A model generated the notes under the pieces. That model did no database searches and was not told where the DNA came from. It saw only the letters and a program-made list of their open reading frames with translations. Shown here piece after piece: positions 12,088 to 23,674 of a DNA stretch of 41,828 nucleotides. This DNA is from Perkinsus olseni (Eukaryota): NCBI GenBank assembly GCA_013115125.1, contig JABANN010000295.1, forward strand, positions 1 to 41,828, given 5' to 3'. The position numbers and the translations under genes were made by a program. How positions within the stretch are numbered: position 1 is the first letter of the stretch; every line of letters begins with the position of its first letter.

Positions 12088-15000
12088 ATGAATGACGGGA
12101 ATCTTACCCTTTCCACTACTGGCCCCTCGGTTGTCTACGCTTGGGGTTCAACGTCGTTCGGGAGGCTCGGCACTGGTTCACTTTCCGGTGTAGCGAGAAG
12201 GCCAAGACGGGTTGTAGGAGCGGCTGATGAGAAAGGTGACTGTTTACTGTACCCGAGAACTACGGCGAGGAGTCCTTACAGTTCCTATTAGTCACGTCTC
12301 CTGTGCGGCGCATCAGACATTCTTGGTGCTATCGTCTGGCGATTGCCTGGCTAGCGGTGATAACCCCCACGGTGCGTTTACGGCAATAGCCGCTCGAAAG
12401 GTTCGAACGTCACTGGATGCCTGGGTGGTGACGGCACCACTGTTGAGGAGGGTGAGGAGGCAGCGGTCATGTGGCCGGTCCCGAGACAGATCTCATCGAT
12501 CCCTGTGGACTGGAAAGTCAAACAGGTGCGCGCCTTGTGGTGCTGGACAGTGTTTGCCAAGGTGGTTGCAGGTCTGCTGCGGTTCTGAGCTCAGTATAGG
12601 TGCTCACACTGTCCTCCTCACGGCTAGCGGCAAAGTCTTTACCTTCGGATGTGCTAAGTGGGTGTCGTTGGCGAGGGCCCCCTTGGCCCCTTCTTCTTCT
12701 GTCATCAGGCTGTGCGGGATCGGTCCCACTGACGAGGAAGTTATTCATACGCCGGCCTTGGTCACGAGGTTCATCACTCCTTGGCGAGTGGCAGAGGGGA
12801 GAAGTGAGGACGAGGAGCTCCACTCGGCCGATGCCATTGCGTCAGGCTCGGTGCGCATAGTGACCTGTTCGGCCGGCGGGGCGTGCACGGCCGTAATCTC
12901 CTCTGAAGGAGCGGTCTTCACCTTCGGTGCGCTGACCTCGGGCAGGCTCGGGTCAGTGCACCTGCGATGGAGCCGAATGCACGAGTCCTTATCCGCAGAT
13001 ACAGACGCCCCCACAGTGGGGGTAACTATCAGCTCCGCCCCAAGGGCGTGCGGCTCGAGTCCCCAGCCGAGAGCGTTGCCTGCGGGGCGGCCCACATGCT
13101 GTGCGTGTGTGCGAGTGGGAAGCTCTGGGGTTGGGGTGACAACTCGGCGGGCCAGCTCGGACAGGGCCATCTCCTGGATGAGTACGCGCCCGTGCGGATC
13201 CACCACACGTCTCACGGCTCGGCGTGGAGCACCGCCGTCGGTGCCTGCGGGAGCAGCTCGCTGGCGATAGACCGCGTTGGCCGACTTTACGTCTGGGGCC
13301 AGATGATGATCTACCTGGGAGGCTCCAGCGCTACCGAAAGGTTCTCGACTGTTGCCTGTACGTTTGGAATTAGGAAGATACTCTTCCCCTGGGCTTGGCC
13401 ACGGCAGATCAGGGGCGTCGAAGGTTCGGGGACTCGTGTGTGTACGGCTAAGTGCATGAAAGAGGCTGTGGTCTTCACCACGAGCGACGATGTCGTTTAT
13501 GAGTGGAAGCCGGATGGGCGAGCTCAACTCCGGTCTGAGCGCGTCATGGATGTGACCGCCACTGATGACGATGAATCTTCGAGCGACGAAGGAAATCCTT
13601 CCCGAGGAGAAGGTGTCTCGAGCGCTATAGGGAAAACACGCACGCCACGTCAAGTCCAATTCCCTCTTGCGCAGAATCTCGTGATAGCTTGTGGTCCTGA
13701 GCACACCGTCGTGGTGGGGCGCCTGGGCCATCGTGCTCTAGTAGAGTGCGGCAAATGCTTGATGGAAGGTCGGCAGCTCCCCTACGCTGACTCCTCGCTG
13801 GCTGGGATACCCGTTCACACGGCAGTGCTCCGGCACCGCCTCTCGGCTGGGGCCTTCTTAGGGGTCATCCAACCACAGCTTGAGAAGATCAGTCATGAAG
13901 ATGATGTTCTATTGAACCTCGTTGAGGACTTCCGAGCCGGCGCATCGGGAGAGGGGTCAGCGACAGGTGATCAGAGCCGAAGCACTACAGCAGGGTCCGT
14001 GCCATCCAGCAGAGTTGAGAGCCTTATAGACTCGGTACTGGACGACGAGAGTGACGCAGAGAACCTCGGTCAGATCCCAACCCCGTAGGTCCTCGAGATC
14101 TTGCCTCTCAGACCACTTCCCCGAGATCCCGAACACGCTGAGGCTGTCCGCCCTACCTCACTCGGTGGTGGTCGCCTTCGTTTACTTCCTCTACACTGAC
14201 ACTCTCCCGGCCATTGGAACAGAGAGCGATGCCAGATCTCGAGCCACGCTTTTAGAACATATTGCAAGGTGAAGCACAGCTGGGAAGATTCCGTCTTCCC
14301 TGCAGTAGTTCATCGTGTAGCGATTATTTTATCTGGTCAGATGCTTGGGCCTCCCGAGACTTCTGGCCCTAGTGGACGGTGATGATGACATAGGTTACTC
14401 TACCCTCCCGAAAGTGCTCGCTGAGATGTTCAACCACCCCTGGCCAGAATACTTGGACGCCGATCTTTCCTGCGCGCCCGCTGCCATCGGTCAGTCGTCA
14501 ACGACCCGTTTGAAGGCTCACATGTTTATTCTGGCCGCTCACGGACTGTCGCCCGCCCAGTTCGAGACCATTCCCGTCGATTTCGCCCGTGCTATACTCT
14601 GCTACGTGTACACGGAACGTCTCCCCTCCAACCTAGGGTTCCCCACCCGTCATTGGGTAGCGTTCGCCGAGACTGTATCAGCCTTGGGATTGTACTCCCT
14701 CGCGGCAGCGGCCTCTGACAGAGTGATGAGCAAGCTGTCCGAGGCCACTTGGGCGACGCTCGCTATCGAGACTGAGGGGTCCCGAGCTTGTAGGCTGGTC
14801 CATCTCGCGTCGCTAGGATGCGGCGTGACGGAGGCTGTGATGCACGTTCGGAGGCGAATGACTGATCTGGGCTGGTTCACCGAGCCCGAGGACGTGAGTG
14901 ACGTCGAACCTCGTGTTGAGAAGCTGCTCGGGTCCTGGTCGGCCGTCGACGAGCAGCTTGGTTTCTTGCGGAAGAGACGCCCTGGACTTTATAACGAGCT

Positions 15001-15551
15001 GGGAGACAGTGTGAGCGGCACTACGGAATGAATCGTCGTGCTCATGATGTGGTCTTTATAAAGGTCTCGCGTGATGTGAAGCAAGCCGTCCAAGCAGAGT
15101 TGGTCGTCATGCAGCACGTTTCACACTATGACAAGCTCAGCCAAGGGGGTGACAACGGTGAGCTTCAGGATGCACACTCATCACCACTTTACGCTACGGC
15201 ACTCGCTGTGTCATCGATCAGCTGCAACGGCGTCAACTGGGCCCGAGCTCCGTGCCTCAATTACTCGCTGCTTTCTGGAACTTCTAGCGCTATTATCGAT
15301 CACCGGAGCTATCGTTTCCATGGTGAGTATTGCTCCTGCTGCCAATCTCTCTCGCGGATTTCTTCATACGCCTGTAGATTCAGTACGCAACGTCTCCGGA
15401 GGCTCCAGTTTGGGCGAGGAGGATATCAGATTGGCTGTTGAACTATGAGACTTTGGTCTTGTATTCTGGCGGTCCAACTCTGAAGATGGTGGTCAACATC
15501 TCCGTAGCAGCAGTGACTGTCATATACATGTTCAATCGGCTTTCCACTTGA
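12088..15551 (+). CDS. RCC1-repeat and BTB/POZ domain protein with predicted C-terminal transmembrane segments
   Basis: RCC1 blades (VYAWGSTSFGRLG, SGKVFTFG, VACGAAHMLCVCASGKLWGWGDNSAGQLGQG, IACGPEHT) and BTB-like segments (FVYFLYTDTL, LKAHMFILAA, AILCYVYTERL). The last exons encode hydrophobic LLALLSITGAIVSMI and MVVNISVAAVTVIYMF, then TGA at 15549-15551. Confidence 0.8.
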
Positions 15552-15583
15552 TGATCTTAGCGTGCTATTGAGTTGTTACTTTG

Positions 15584-15670
15584 GGAGAGCGCGATGTCCT
15601 CTCCTCTGAGGCGGCGCGCGGGAAGGTCCCCGGTTCGAATCCCGGTATGGAGCGTTCTCCTGTAATTTTT
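15584..15670 (+). pseudogene. tRNA-like fragment (3' half with B-box): tRNA pseudogene or small Pol III RNA
   Basis: AGGTC-CCCGG-TTCGAAT-CCCGG-TATGGAG resembles a variable loop, T arm and 3' acceptor strand. Perfect B-box GGTTCGAATCC at 15632-15642 and TTTTT at 15666-15670. There is no matching local 5' acceptor strand or anticodon stem. Confidence 0.5.
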
Positions 15671-16146
15671 CATCCCATTTTTCCTTGACACTTGTCGATT
15701 TGGTGGTTGGTCCTCATCCTGCAACACTGCAGCGTATCCAACCTCAACGCACGTAGCAACCCGACCTCTCCGAACTCTCATTGCATCGAATTTGTGGTAT
15801 CAGCAGAGAACCTGACGGAATCATAGTGTAAAACCCGAAAAACCTTGCAACGCCATTCACCTTTCGTGCCGAGATGTTAGGAAATTATTCCTACTTTTTC
15901 TCATTTTCAAAAAAGCATCAGCGATGCCCGTTCATTGCATGCCGCCGCAGTGAGGTTCGCGTTCCTCTGCGGTCACCAGGAAGGGCGAAATGCGCGTGAC
16001 GGAATGTCGAAGTGCATTGACGTATGTGGACAGGCTGTGTTCCACTTTGGCACCTTCACGCCGATGGGATCGGGTCAAAGGAACGGCTTGTTTAACTTCA
16101 GTTGGTACAATACTGAGTTGGTCCGGCCTCATCCTTAGAGGCCACC

Positions 16147-19100
16147 ATGCTTCCTGGGCATCGTGAGCTTCGAACTCGTCAATGTGAGCCGACGAAGCTC
16201 TTATGTGTGATAAACTCGGAGAAGGACTTGCGCGAGGTGGAGGTAGTACACGATGGGCAAGGTCTGCGAGTCGTTTTTTGTGCTTTATTTAAGCTTATTC
16301 GCACCAACAACCACTCTCTTTCGCCTGGGAGTTGAACACTGTAGGGCCCGTGATCGGGAAGTCAGCTCGTGGATGAGGTCGCCTCGTGCTTTTGTATTGC
16401 TAAGAACGATGAGATACATGGTCGTGGTGAAGACCTCCAACGGCTTCACAAAGAAATAAAACCTTACGAAACTCACTTAATAAACCTTAACGCTAACGAA
16501 ATTCCTGAGAGTGTTTGGTGAAAAGAGCATCTCTGTTCAGTCTGAAAGCGAGAAGAAAGTCTTTGCTGCGGCGGAGCTCATCGAAGCGGGCCTCCAGGAA
16601 CCTCCACCAATGATGTTTTACGAGCCCGGATCGGAGGAGCTGGCAGAGTTTCTGGGAACTCGGCCAGATGGGACGCCCTCGGATAATATCCCTGGTAGCA
16701 TTCATCGAGGAGGTGAAGGATCCCAGTGAATGAGAGGCTTCTGTAGACGAAGCAGCCGTGGCCGTGTCATCCGTTCGAGCATCGTGTTCTTGACCCGTTC
16801 GACTTTCACTCTAGCATTAATAAAAAAGAGGCTGCACCGTTTTAGGTAAACGGCACCACTCGAACGAGCGGCAGATAATAACGCCTCATTCGGCTGTCGA
16901 GGAGATCGATCTCTCATCGTGGGGAATAAACCAGAGGCCGAGGGCACTGCTCATAGGGTGAGCGCTGATTTGCGGTGGATACTCGAAGGCCTCGCAGCTG
17001 CGAAGGGGGAAGGCTATTGTGCTTGAATGCTGGCGTAATTGCAGGAGTCAATGGGGCACAGCAACTTCAGTTGAAGAGCGGTGCCGACGGCAACCGAGGT
17101 GGCTGAACCAGGAAGTTGGATCAGCGTAATACTGGTTATTATGCATGACCTGCTATGTGAAATTGTCGATGGACCCCGGTGGACTACAGTTGAGCGTTAC
17201 GTCTTTGAATCAGCGTTCCTGCGCTCTAGCAAGTTGTTGGCTCTCTCAGGGAGGTGATCGACGAGGCCGGCCTCGATGAGCTTGATATCCGAGGTGAGGC
17301 AAAGGTCGCATGGCCTAGTACAGCGCGTCCGAATGCTGCATGCTGGGGACCGAGCTAACAGTTCTAGCATTTGAGCTTCGCTTCGCTAAGATTGGTCACA
17401 CCCCTCAGCACCGTTCTTGCACTACGACGCTACACAGGAGGATTTGGACTTCGTGGATACTTGGAACGCCTCCAAGGAGCCTCCTATCACTATTGATGAG
17501 CTCCTCATTGCTTTCGATACCTGGGAGAAGAAAACGTTAGACGTGAGGGAACTTGATCGGTTTTTCTATGAGCCACTGACTTTGTCAGGCTCCCCCTGTA
17601 GACCAGACAACAGCGATGCAGTGTCTGGAGAGCCGAGTGATTGGGACTGATTCTGATTTACCAGCACCTAAGGTGCTAAATGAACTCTATCAACGCTGGA
17701 AAGAGGTAGTACGAGCGTGGTAGGGGAAGGTCAGCGCCACCGAGTATATCCAGGCCCGAGTTAATAACGAGGGGAAGCCTCTCTTACGCCAGCTCTGGGC
17801 TGTTGGACAGAAGCATACCGACCCGCCTCCGCCATCCCGTGGCCATCGTAAGTGGGGACCTTCGATACTTGTGCATGAGTCCCGTGGTGCCTAAAGGTTG
17901 CGCTGGTCTTATACTTTTGGTGCTGAGTAGGTGCTATGTGGATCATACAGAACCGTATAGCAACGGGGTCAGGAGGCAGCTCAGCGCAGAAGATGAAGCT
18001 GCGCAGACCGAGGAGAAACACACGAGAGCTCATGACCAAAGTAGGGTCGCTGGAGCCGTGTCCGCCGTCGTACCTCGATGTGTCCTCAGCTCGATCTGGT
18101 GATGGACGATTGGAATAAGATGCGGCGCCTCATCAGCCTCGTGAGCGAACGCGAGGAGCTCAGGCGATGGTTGAGCGAAGTTAGTGTCTCAGCGCAGAGG
18201 ACCGTTCGAGAAGGACGCGGGGTAAGTCTCTTCAGGCAAGCCCAATTCCTAATAGTACCTCCCTCTCGGTTCGTTGTGGGAAGCCACTTCCCTGTCAGGG
18301 GAGCACCAGAGGAGAAGACTGGGGCTTGTTGCGGAATCAAATACGAGGGTAGTGCGGAGATGTTTTCGGAACCTCAACTGTGTATTTGCTACACGCCCGA
18401 AACGCCTCTTCGATTGACGTCACCTACGGCACTTAAGCGCAAACCACGATACGTTTACGTAGAGACTATTTCTGTTTTCTCGACTGTGTCGCCTTTGATG
18501 AAGGTACTATGCAACACATGAGCTGGAGAGGCAAGTTCAGGCGAGAACTGAACACCTCGACGCTATGGAGTTGCTCCATGGGCGTAAACGGAAGTCAGCG
18601 GCCATCACCTCAGACACTTCAGTGGGTTCGCGGGCCGGTTTTTCATTCCTGTGCTTCAGCGCAGCTCAGCGAGGATCATTGCAACTTTGCGTTCTGTGTC
18701 CAGGAGAGCGAGATGTCGACAACGGAGTCCCCGCCGGCAACTTCCGGCGCCCCAAGCTCCAAGAAACCGGCCACGCAGGAGCGACTACCATCGCCCGAGC
18801 TCAATCCTAACGTGGACTACATCATAAAGATACGTCGTCGGATAGGCCGGGACAGGCGGGAATACTTGGATAGGTAACCTCGTCTGTTGGGGCTCTCTGG
18901 CAGGAATCTCCTATGGGAAGGAAGTCGTTCGTAGCACCTGCACTTCGCTGGGTATCAGACGTATTAAGGCTTACCCGGTTGTTGATGATGGTGAATATCT
19001 TCATCTGAGGTTTCCTCATTTTTTCAGGGCTATTATCCCGCGGGAACTCGCTCAGGCGACGGAACAGAGTGATGGGCCGGTCATAGTGGACCCGATATCG

Positions 19101-19994
19101 GGAATGTGAGCTGCCTCAATCAAGCTGTCTTCAACTGCTTCGCACCTTGCTGCGTTGGGTGTTAGGCCCTACGATCCCGATCCGTCGGTGCCCGGGTACA
19201 CACCCCCACCATGGTTTGGTCCAGGGGTCGGGGCTCCAGGTATGACCGTCTGTCCTCCAGGGGCCCTCGGCTTGTCTCCGTCTTGTGCTTCTGGAGATTT
19301 GCAGCGTGTTGTTGACTACTATCGAGAAATTGATAGGTGAGGAGTCACTCTGGAGGTGGGCTGGACTACTTTAATTGTTTTCGCAGGCCGGAGTTGTCCG
19401 GGCTTGGCAACGCTGAGATGAATACTTCGGCGATCGCTTACGATTACCTTGATCGCCTTTACGAGGTCACCAAGTTGAACCATGAGACTGTTTGTGGTGG
19501 CAATCTGGGTACCCATACGATCGACCTGCGGATGCGCAACACCAGGTGAGCCCCGTCAGGGTTCGTCATTGCTACTCCCGTAGCGTACAAGCTGTACCAC
19601 GTCGCATTGACCTTGTGACTATTATTTCTCTCCGCGATGTCGAATCGACATTGTCGATGGAGTGCAGTTCCGCGGAACTATGTGTGTCCAGTCACAAATT
19701 ATTCATTTCAGTAATTACCTTAGCGGAGGGCATCGGACGCAAGAGCTGCTGGCCGAGGAGTGCGAGCGGATACACCAGTGGATATCCGATGCTTGGCGTA
19801 TGTCCCGTGTACTGAAGGAGAAGGCGCGGACAGGAGAGCCTCTCGGCTGGTCTGGTCGATCACAGAACACAGCAGCGCCGCCGCCGCAACAGCCTCATCT
19901 AGCTCATCCGCAAACCGCTAAGATACGGCAGCAACGCCTCACCATACCGCAACAGCAGCAACTGTTACAAGTGCAGAGGCAGCGGCTTCTCTAG
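16147..19994 (+). CDS. EPL1: Enhancer of Polycomb-like protein (NuA4/TIP60 HAT complex subunit)
   Basis: N-terminal RELRTRQCEPTKLLCVI, QIITP, EPL-type HYDATQEDLDFV...IDELLIAFDTWEK, KMKLRRPRRN...RRLISLVSEREELRR, and IRRRIGRDRREYLDR (cf. EPC RRRxGRGGRxxLDR). Q-rich tail ends at 19994. Confidence 0.8.
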
Positions 19995-20223
19995 CGAAGC
20001 TTTATTCACGAACATCGAACCTTCACCGCGTACATTAGTGTTCATCGTCATCGTGTACTTTTTGATTGCAACATTGAAGCTACCACCGTTGGTTTGCGGG
20101 TGTTGGGTATAATAGTGTTAATTTGGCCTTCTCTGAGGCGGCGAGAGATATCGGGAAGTATCGGAGGCTCGTGACTCAGGCTCGTCCGCCTGTTATAATG
20201 TATGATTCACTACACCCTTTGCC

Positions 20224-21155
20224 ATGACGCAGCGCATGCTCGGGCCTCGAGTGATCTCCTCGGAGGTGAGCAGAAACTCTGTCGGATTCCGGGCTGGGCA
20301 CTACTGATTTCACTGGAAATCCAGACCACGCTACGCTTCTTCGCGACTCTCCCTACCGTGGTTGGTGGACGGGACCAGAACTCGGCTTTATCATGCAACG
20401 CTACAGCTCAAGGGACTGGGAGCAGGGGCTATGGTATCTCAGGTGCCTTCGCCGCGATACCAGAGAAAGCGCTGCAAAGCTCCTTCTGCCAAGGTGGGGA
20501 CCCCAACTGGCAGGTGTTGCTGCGAAAATCTCTATGATGATCGCTTCAGGGCATGAGGGGCATTATCCGTTATTCGGCAGCTGGCCGAAGATGACGGCGT
20601 GCTTTACTCTTGCAGGCCTGGCCGGGGGAGCCGTAGCGTGCTGTTGCATGAGGAGAAGCTCAAGGGACAGCGGCGTCCAGGTCGGTAGGCCCCGCCACGT
20701 CCTCGCAGTCCGTCCGGGAACTCGTCTAGACTCTCTGTGAGAGTGAGCGCCAGGCATGCTTCGCTTCCCCGCAATGGCGGCCGAGGTGCAAACTTGGCAG
20801 TTGACTCAATTCCGCAGAGGATGTTGTTGGAGTTGTCGCCTCACTTGAGTTCTCGGCGAGCACTGCCCGCTCATAACCAGGGCCACGTGTATTAGACTCG
20901 TAGCTATTGAGCAGCTCAGTCGGTCCCCTCGTTATTTTTGGTCTCATTGGAAGGTAAGTGAACATCTACAGTTTCTCGCGGCAGACCAAGGAATGGGGGC
21001 TCAGCTGCTACCTCCAGTGGAGTCCCATGAAACGGGCTCAGGCTACAGGGTGAGAGCATTTGCCATTTGCTACAGATGATATGAGCATGTACCCCCCTTC
21101 ATTCCAGGTGATTCGCAACCGGCGTCTAGGTAGACAGGCAGAGGATCCGCGATAG
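20224..21155 (+). CDS. Small basic hypothetical protein, multi-exon
   Basis: A series of short GT-AG introns. The 3' exons splice in phase: MLRFPAMAAE|RMLLELSPH...NQGH|LSRSPRYFWSHWK|TKEWGLSCYLQW...|VIRNRRLGRQAEDPR*. The 5' reading frame is ambiguous. Confidence 0.45.
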
Positions 21156-21925
21156 AGGTATCTTCCACTCTCGATGCAACTGCAGGGATCCGAGCTATGC
21201 TAGCCGCGAATAAAATATTGAATCATCCGTTGCGGACGCCCAACCGGTCTTGGTGTATGACAATGTAGCATGACGCGTGCCCGCTCCTTCGAAAGGGTGA
21301 GAATGTGGTGTTCTGCCATTCGAACCGGTTCATCCCGGGAAAGAACGGAGTTCGGTGCGCCCGGTAGGAATGCGGTACAGTGTTGCCATGTGGTTCAGTG
21401 AGTTCTCATTGTCTAAGCACTCATCTGGGACGACATTCGCCGAGTAGGGCATCAGTGATTTTGATGTAACAGAAACTTTCGAGGCCCGACGCCCCGAGAA
21501 AAGCAACGGGAGCTCCCCAATCGTTCGGGCTCTTGGATGTGGAGGCCAGCTGATGAGCGAGGACCCCTTATCGCTTTGGTATCGCTGTGAAGTAGTACCG
21601 CATCCGCCCACGGGCCGCAACCAGCAGCTGAAAGATTCGGTAGATGAATGGGAATTTCCCAGGGCGCCTTTTTCGCAGAGGCCTAGGACGCGATCTGCCT
21701 CCCTGTAAGCCCCGCTCTCAATATGATACTTGGCGAATGAACAGGGTAGCTGATGCGGTCGATAATCTCGATACCTAACCCATATAGCTTTTCCATGGGC
21801 CTCCAAATTCTTTACTCGCAGTTTTTCACTCATTCTTCGATCCGTCATTTTGAGGTGAGCAGTCGAGGAGAGGGTTAGCGCTAGGCTTAGATGCGCCGGA
21901 GCGTCTCGTGTGTTTCAGTAACCAT

Positions 21926-21961
21926 CCACCCCCCCCCTCTCTCTCCCGTCCCCCCCCCACC
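21926..21961. repeat. Pyrimidine/C-rich low-complexity tract (G-runs on the minus strand)
   Basis: Sequence ccaccccccccctctctctcccgtcccccccccacc, seen directly. Confidence 0.7.
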
Positions 21962-22089
21962 ATTTCGCGCTTCAGTTGCACCTGGCTTGATTTCGTTTGT
22001 CGCTTGCTTTCTCCCCTTGAACGATGAGGTCGTTTAAACCTGAAATTGTTGTGACGACGATTATCTACACCTTCTCCGCCGCAAAGTAT

Positions 22090-22331
22090 CATGATCACAG
22101 TTACTATTAGGGGTGGCACCACACAGTAACATGGTCAGTCACTATTATAGGTGTCACCATTAACACATTAACATGGTGACAGTTACTCACACAGTGGCAT
22201 GGTGACAGTTACTATCAGACCTATCACCACATGGTGACACTTACTATTAGAGGTGTCACCACACAGTGGCCTGGTGACAGTGACTGTTGGACCTATCACC
22301 ACACAGTGGCATGGTGACAGTGACGGTTACG
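22090..22331. repeat. Degenerate tandem repeat, about 7 units of 22-42 bp with an internal palindrome
   Basis: Units start at about 22090, 22130, 22172, 22198, 22230, 22270 and 22310. Consensus CATGGTGACAGTTACTATTAGAGGTGTCACCACACAGTGG, with inverted arms GGTGACA...TGTCACC. Confidence 0.85.
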
Positions 22332-23674
22332 ACGCATCTTAATCCCTACACGGTAGCACGAGATGGCAGAGCGGTTATAAATCTATGTTCCTCTGAATGT
22401 GATGAAGCGGAGCATATACGGAGGAGCGGCATTTGCTCGTCCGTATAATTCCGGACACCGAGGGCCGAGTGACAATGAGTGTGCCGAGTAAACCAATTTC
22501 GAAACTAAGGATCAATCTTAGAGCTCATCTTAACACGTTGGAACTTGAAGTTCTTCCACGATATCAATGCTGACCCTCAGAATTGCTGGACTGAACACCC
22601 TCAGTATAATGAAAGCTTATCTCAAGACGAGAAATAGGAGGGGTTGAAGCCACGTACCAGCAGCGAGGCATCTCGGTTTCGCATGCGGAGGATGCAAGGC
22701 AATTTTTAAGTGTCGATGTGCGCACAGGTACTCCATAAGCTCAGTGTCGAAGGAGATTCTCAATGTGATTGAGACTCCACTTTCGCGGCTAGATTTTTCA
22801 CATTACTTAAAGTGCCTTTCATGTGATAATCACAAAAATCACATTGTGATTTTCGGGTTACTTCAAAATCGCGCCGCGCAGTTTGCGCGTATGCGTGCTG
22901 GCTTGCACGCAGACACAATCCGAGGAATTGGGGATGATCGGAGCACTTCCGCCGTGCAGTACTGGGTGCAGGGTATACATCCTGAGCAAGTGGCGGCGAA
23001 TATGGTGTCTGCATTCCTTCGGTTACAACTTACATTCGTATTTTGGGGTTCATGTTGGTGAAACTCTGCACAGACCGCCTGAAATCTCGTCGAACATTTC
23101 GGCTGGATGCTCTCATTAATTACCGAGACAGGCCGTGATCTGGCCTTCTGTTCATCCCACCCTTTTGAAACACCCACTACACTACTAGCGCAACGCTAGT
23201 CTCAAAACCCGAGTTGTGCTGGACGCAACTGAGCGCAAGATCCACCGACAGTGAAATCAAAGTCCCCAATTAGGATCATCAATCCCGGCTCGGACTCTTG
23301 AACTTGACAAGGGTAGTAGGATATTGATACCCATATCGGGTGATCTTGGTATCGGAGGACTGTGCTGAATTCCGCATCGTCTGATCTTTGCGGCAGACCT
23401 CTCGGCTTCGTTCGATGTGGTCTTCTTCACGTAGAAGACTGGATCTCCTAAAACTATACGGCGCGCTTGTTGATATTGGTCGTTCTGTCAATAGGAGTCC
23501 ACCGGGGATGACTGAATTGGAGTATAATCGTTCGGCGATAACTCATAGCCTGTGTCAGGCTTCTGGTTGGTATCGTCAGTCGTGAACGATATGGCAGCAA
23601 GAGCTTGAACTCTGCCGTTGTCGAAAGGGATAGCGATTGTCCGACTCGCACTCAGTGTTTCTATTGGTCTCTCA

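Noticed and set aside
12745-13731. 328-aa minus-strand ORF and similar long antisense ORFs (for example 2536-3183 and 7849-8556)
   Set aside because: These are shadows of real coding exons on the opposite strand in GC-rich DNA, with no motifs of their own.
15778-15800. U1 snRNA (ATTGCA and AATTTGTGG Sm-like site)
   Set aside because: There is no 5' ATACTTACCTG, and the spacing between the two motifs is wrong for U1.
15604-20143. Shared 13-mer CTCTGAGGCGGCG at 15604-15616 and 20131-20143 as a regulatory motif
   Set aside because: Several exact 13-mer matches are expected by chance in 42 kb, and there are only two copies.
22090-22331. CRISPR array
   Set aside because: The sequences between the palindromic cores are related to each other rather than unique spacers, unit lengths are irregular, there are no cas genes, and the context is eukaryotic.
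22355-22460. tRNA-Leu/Ser-like gene starting at the A-box TGGCAGAGCGG
   Set aside because: No anticodon arm, no proper B-box and no acceptor pairing.
23255-23515. RNase MRP RNA (AAAGTCCCC motif)
   Set aside because: The matching 3' P4 strand (GGGGCTYA) and the GARAR loop are not convincingly present.
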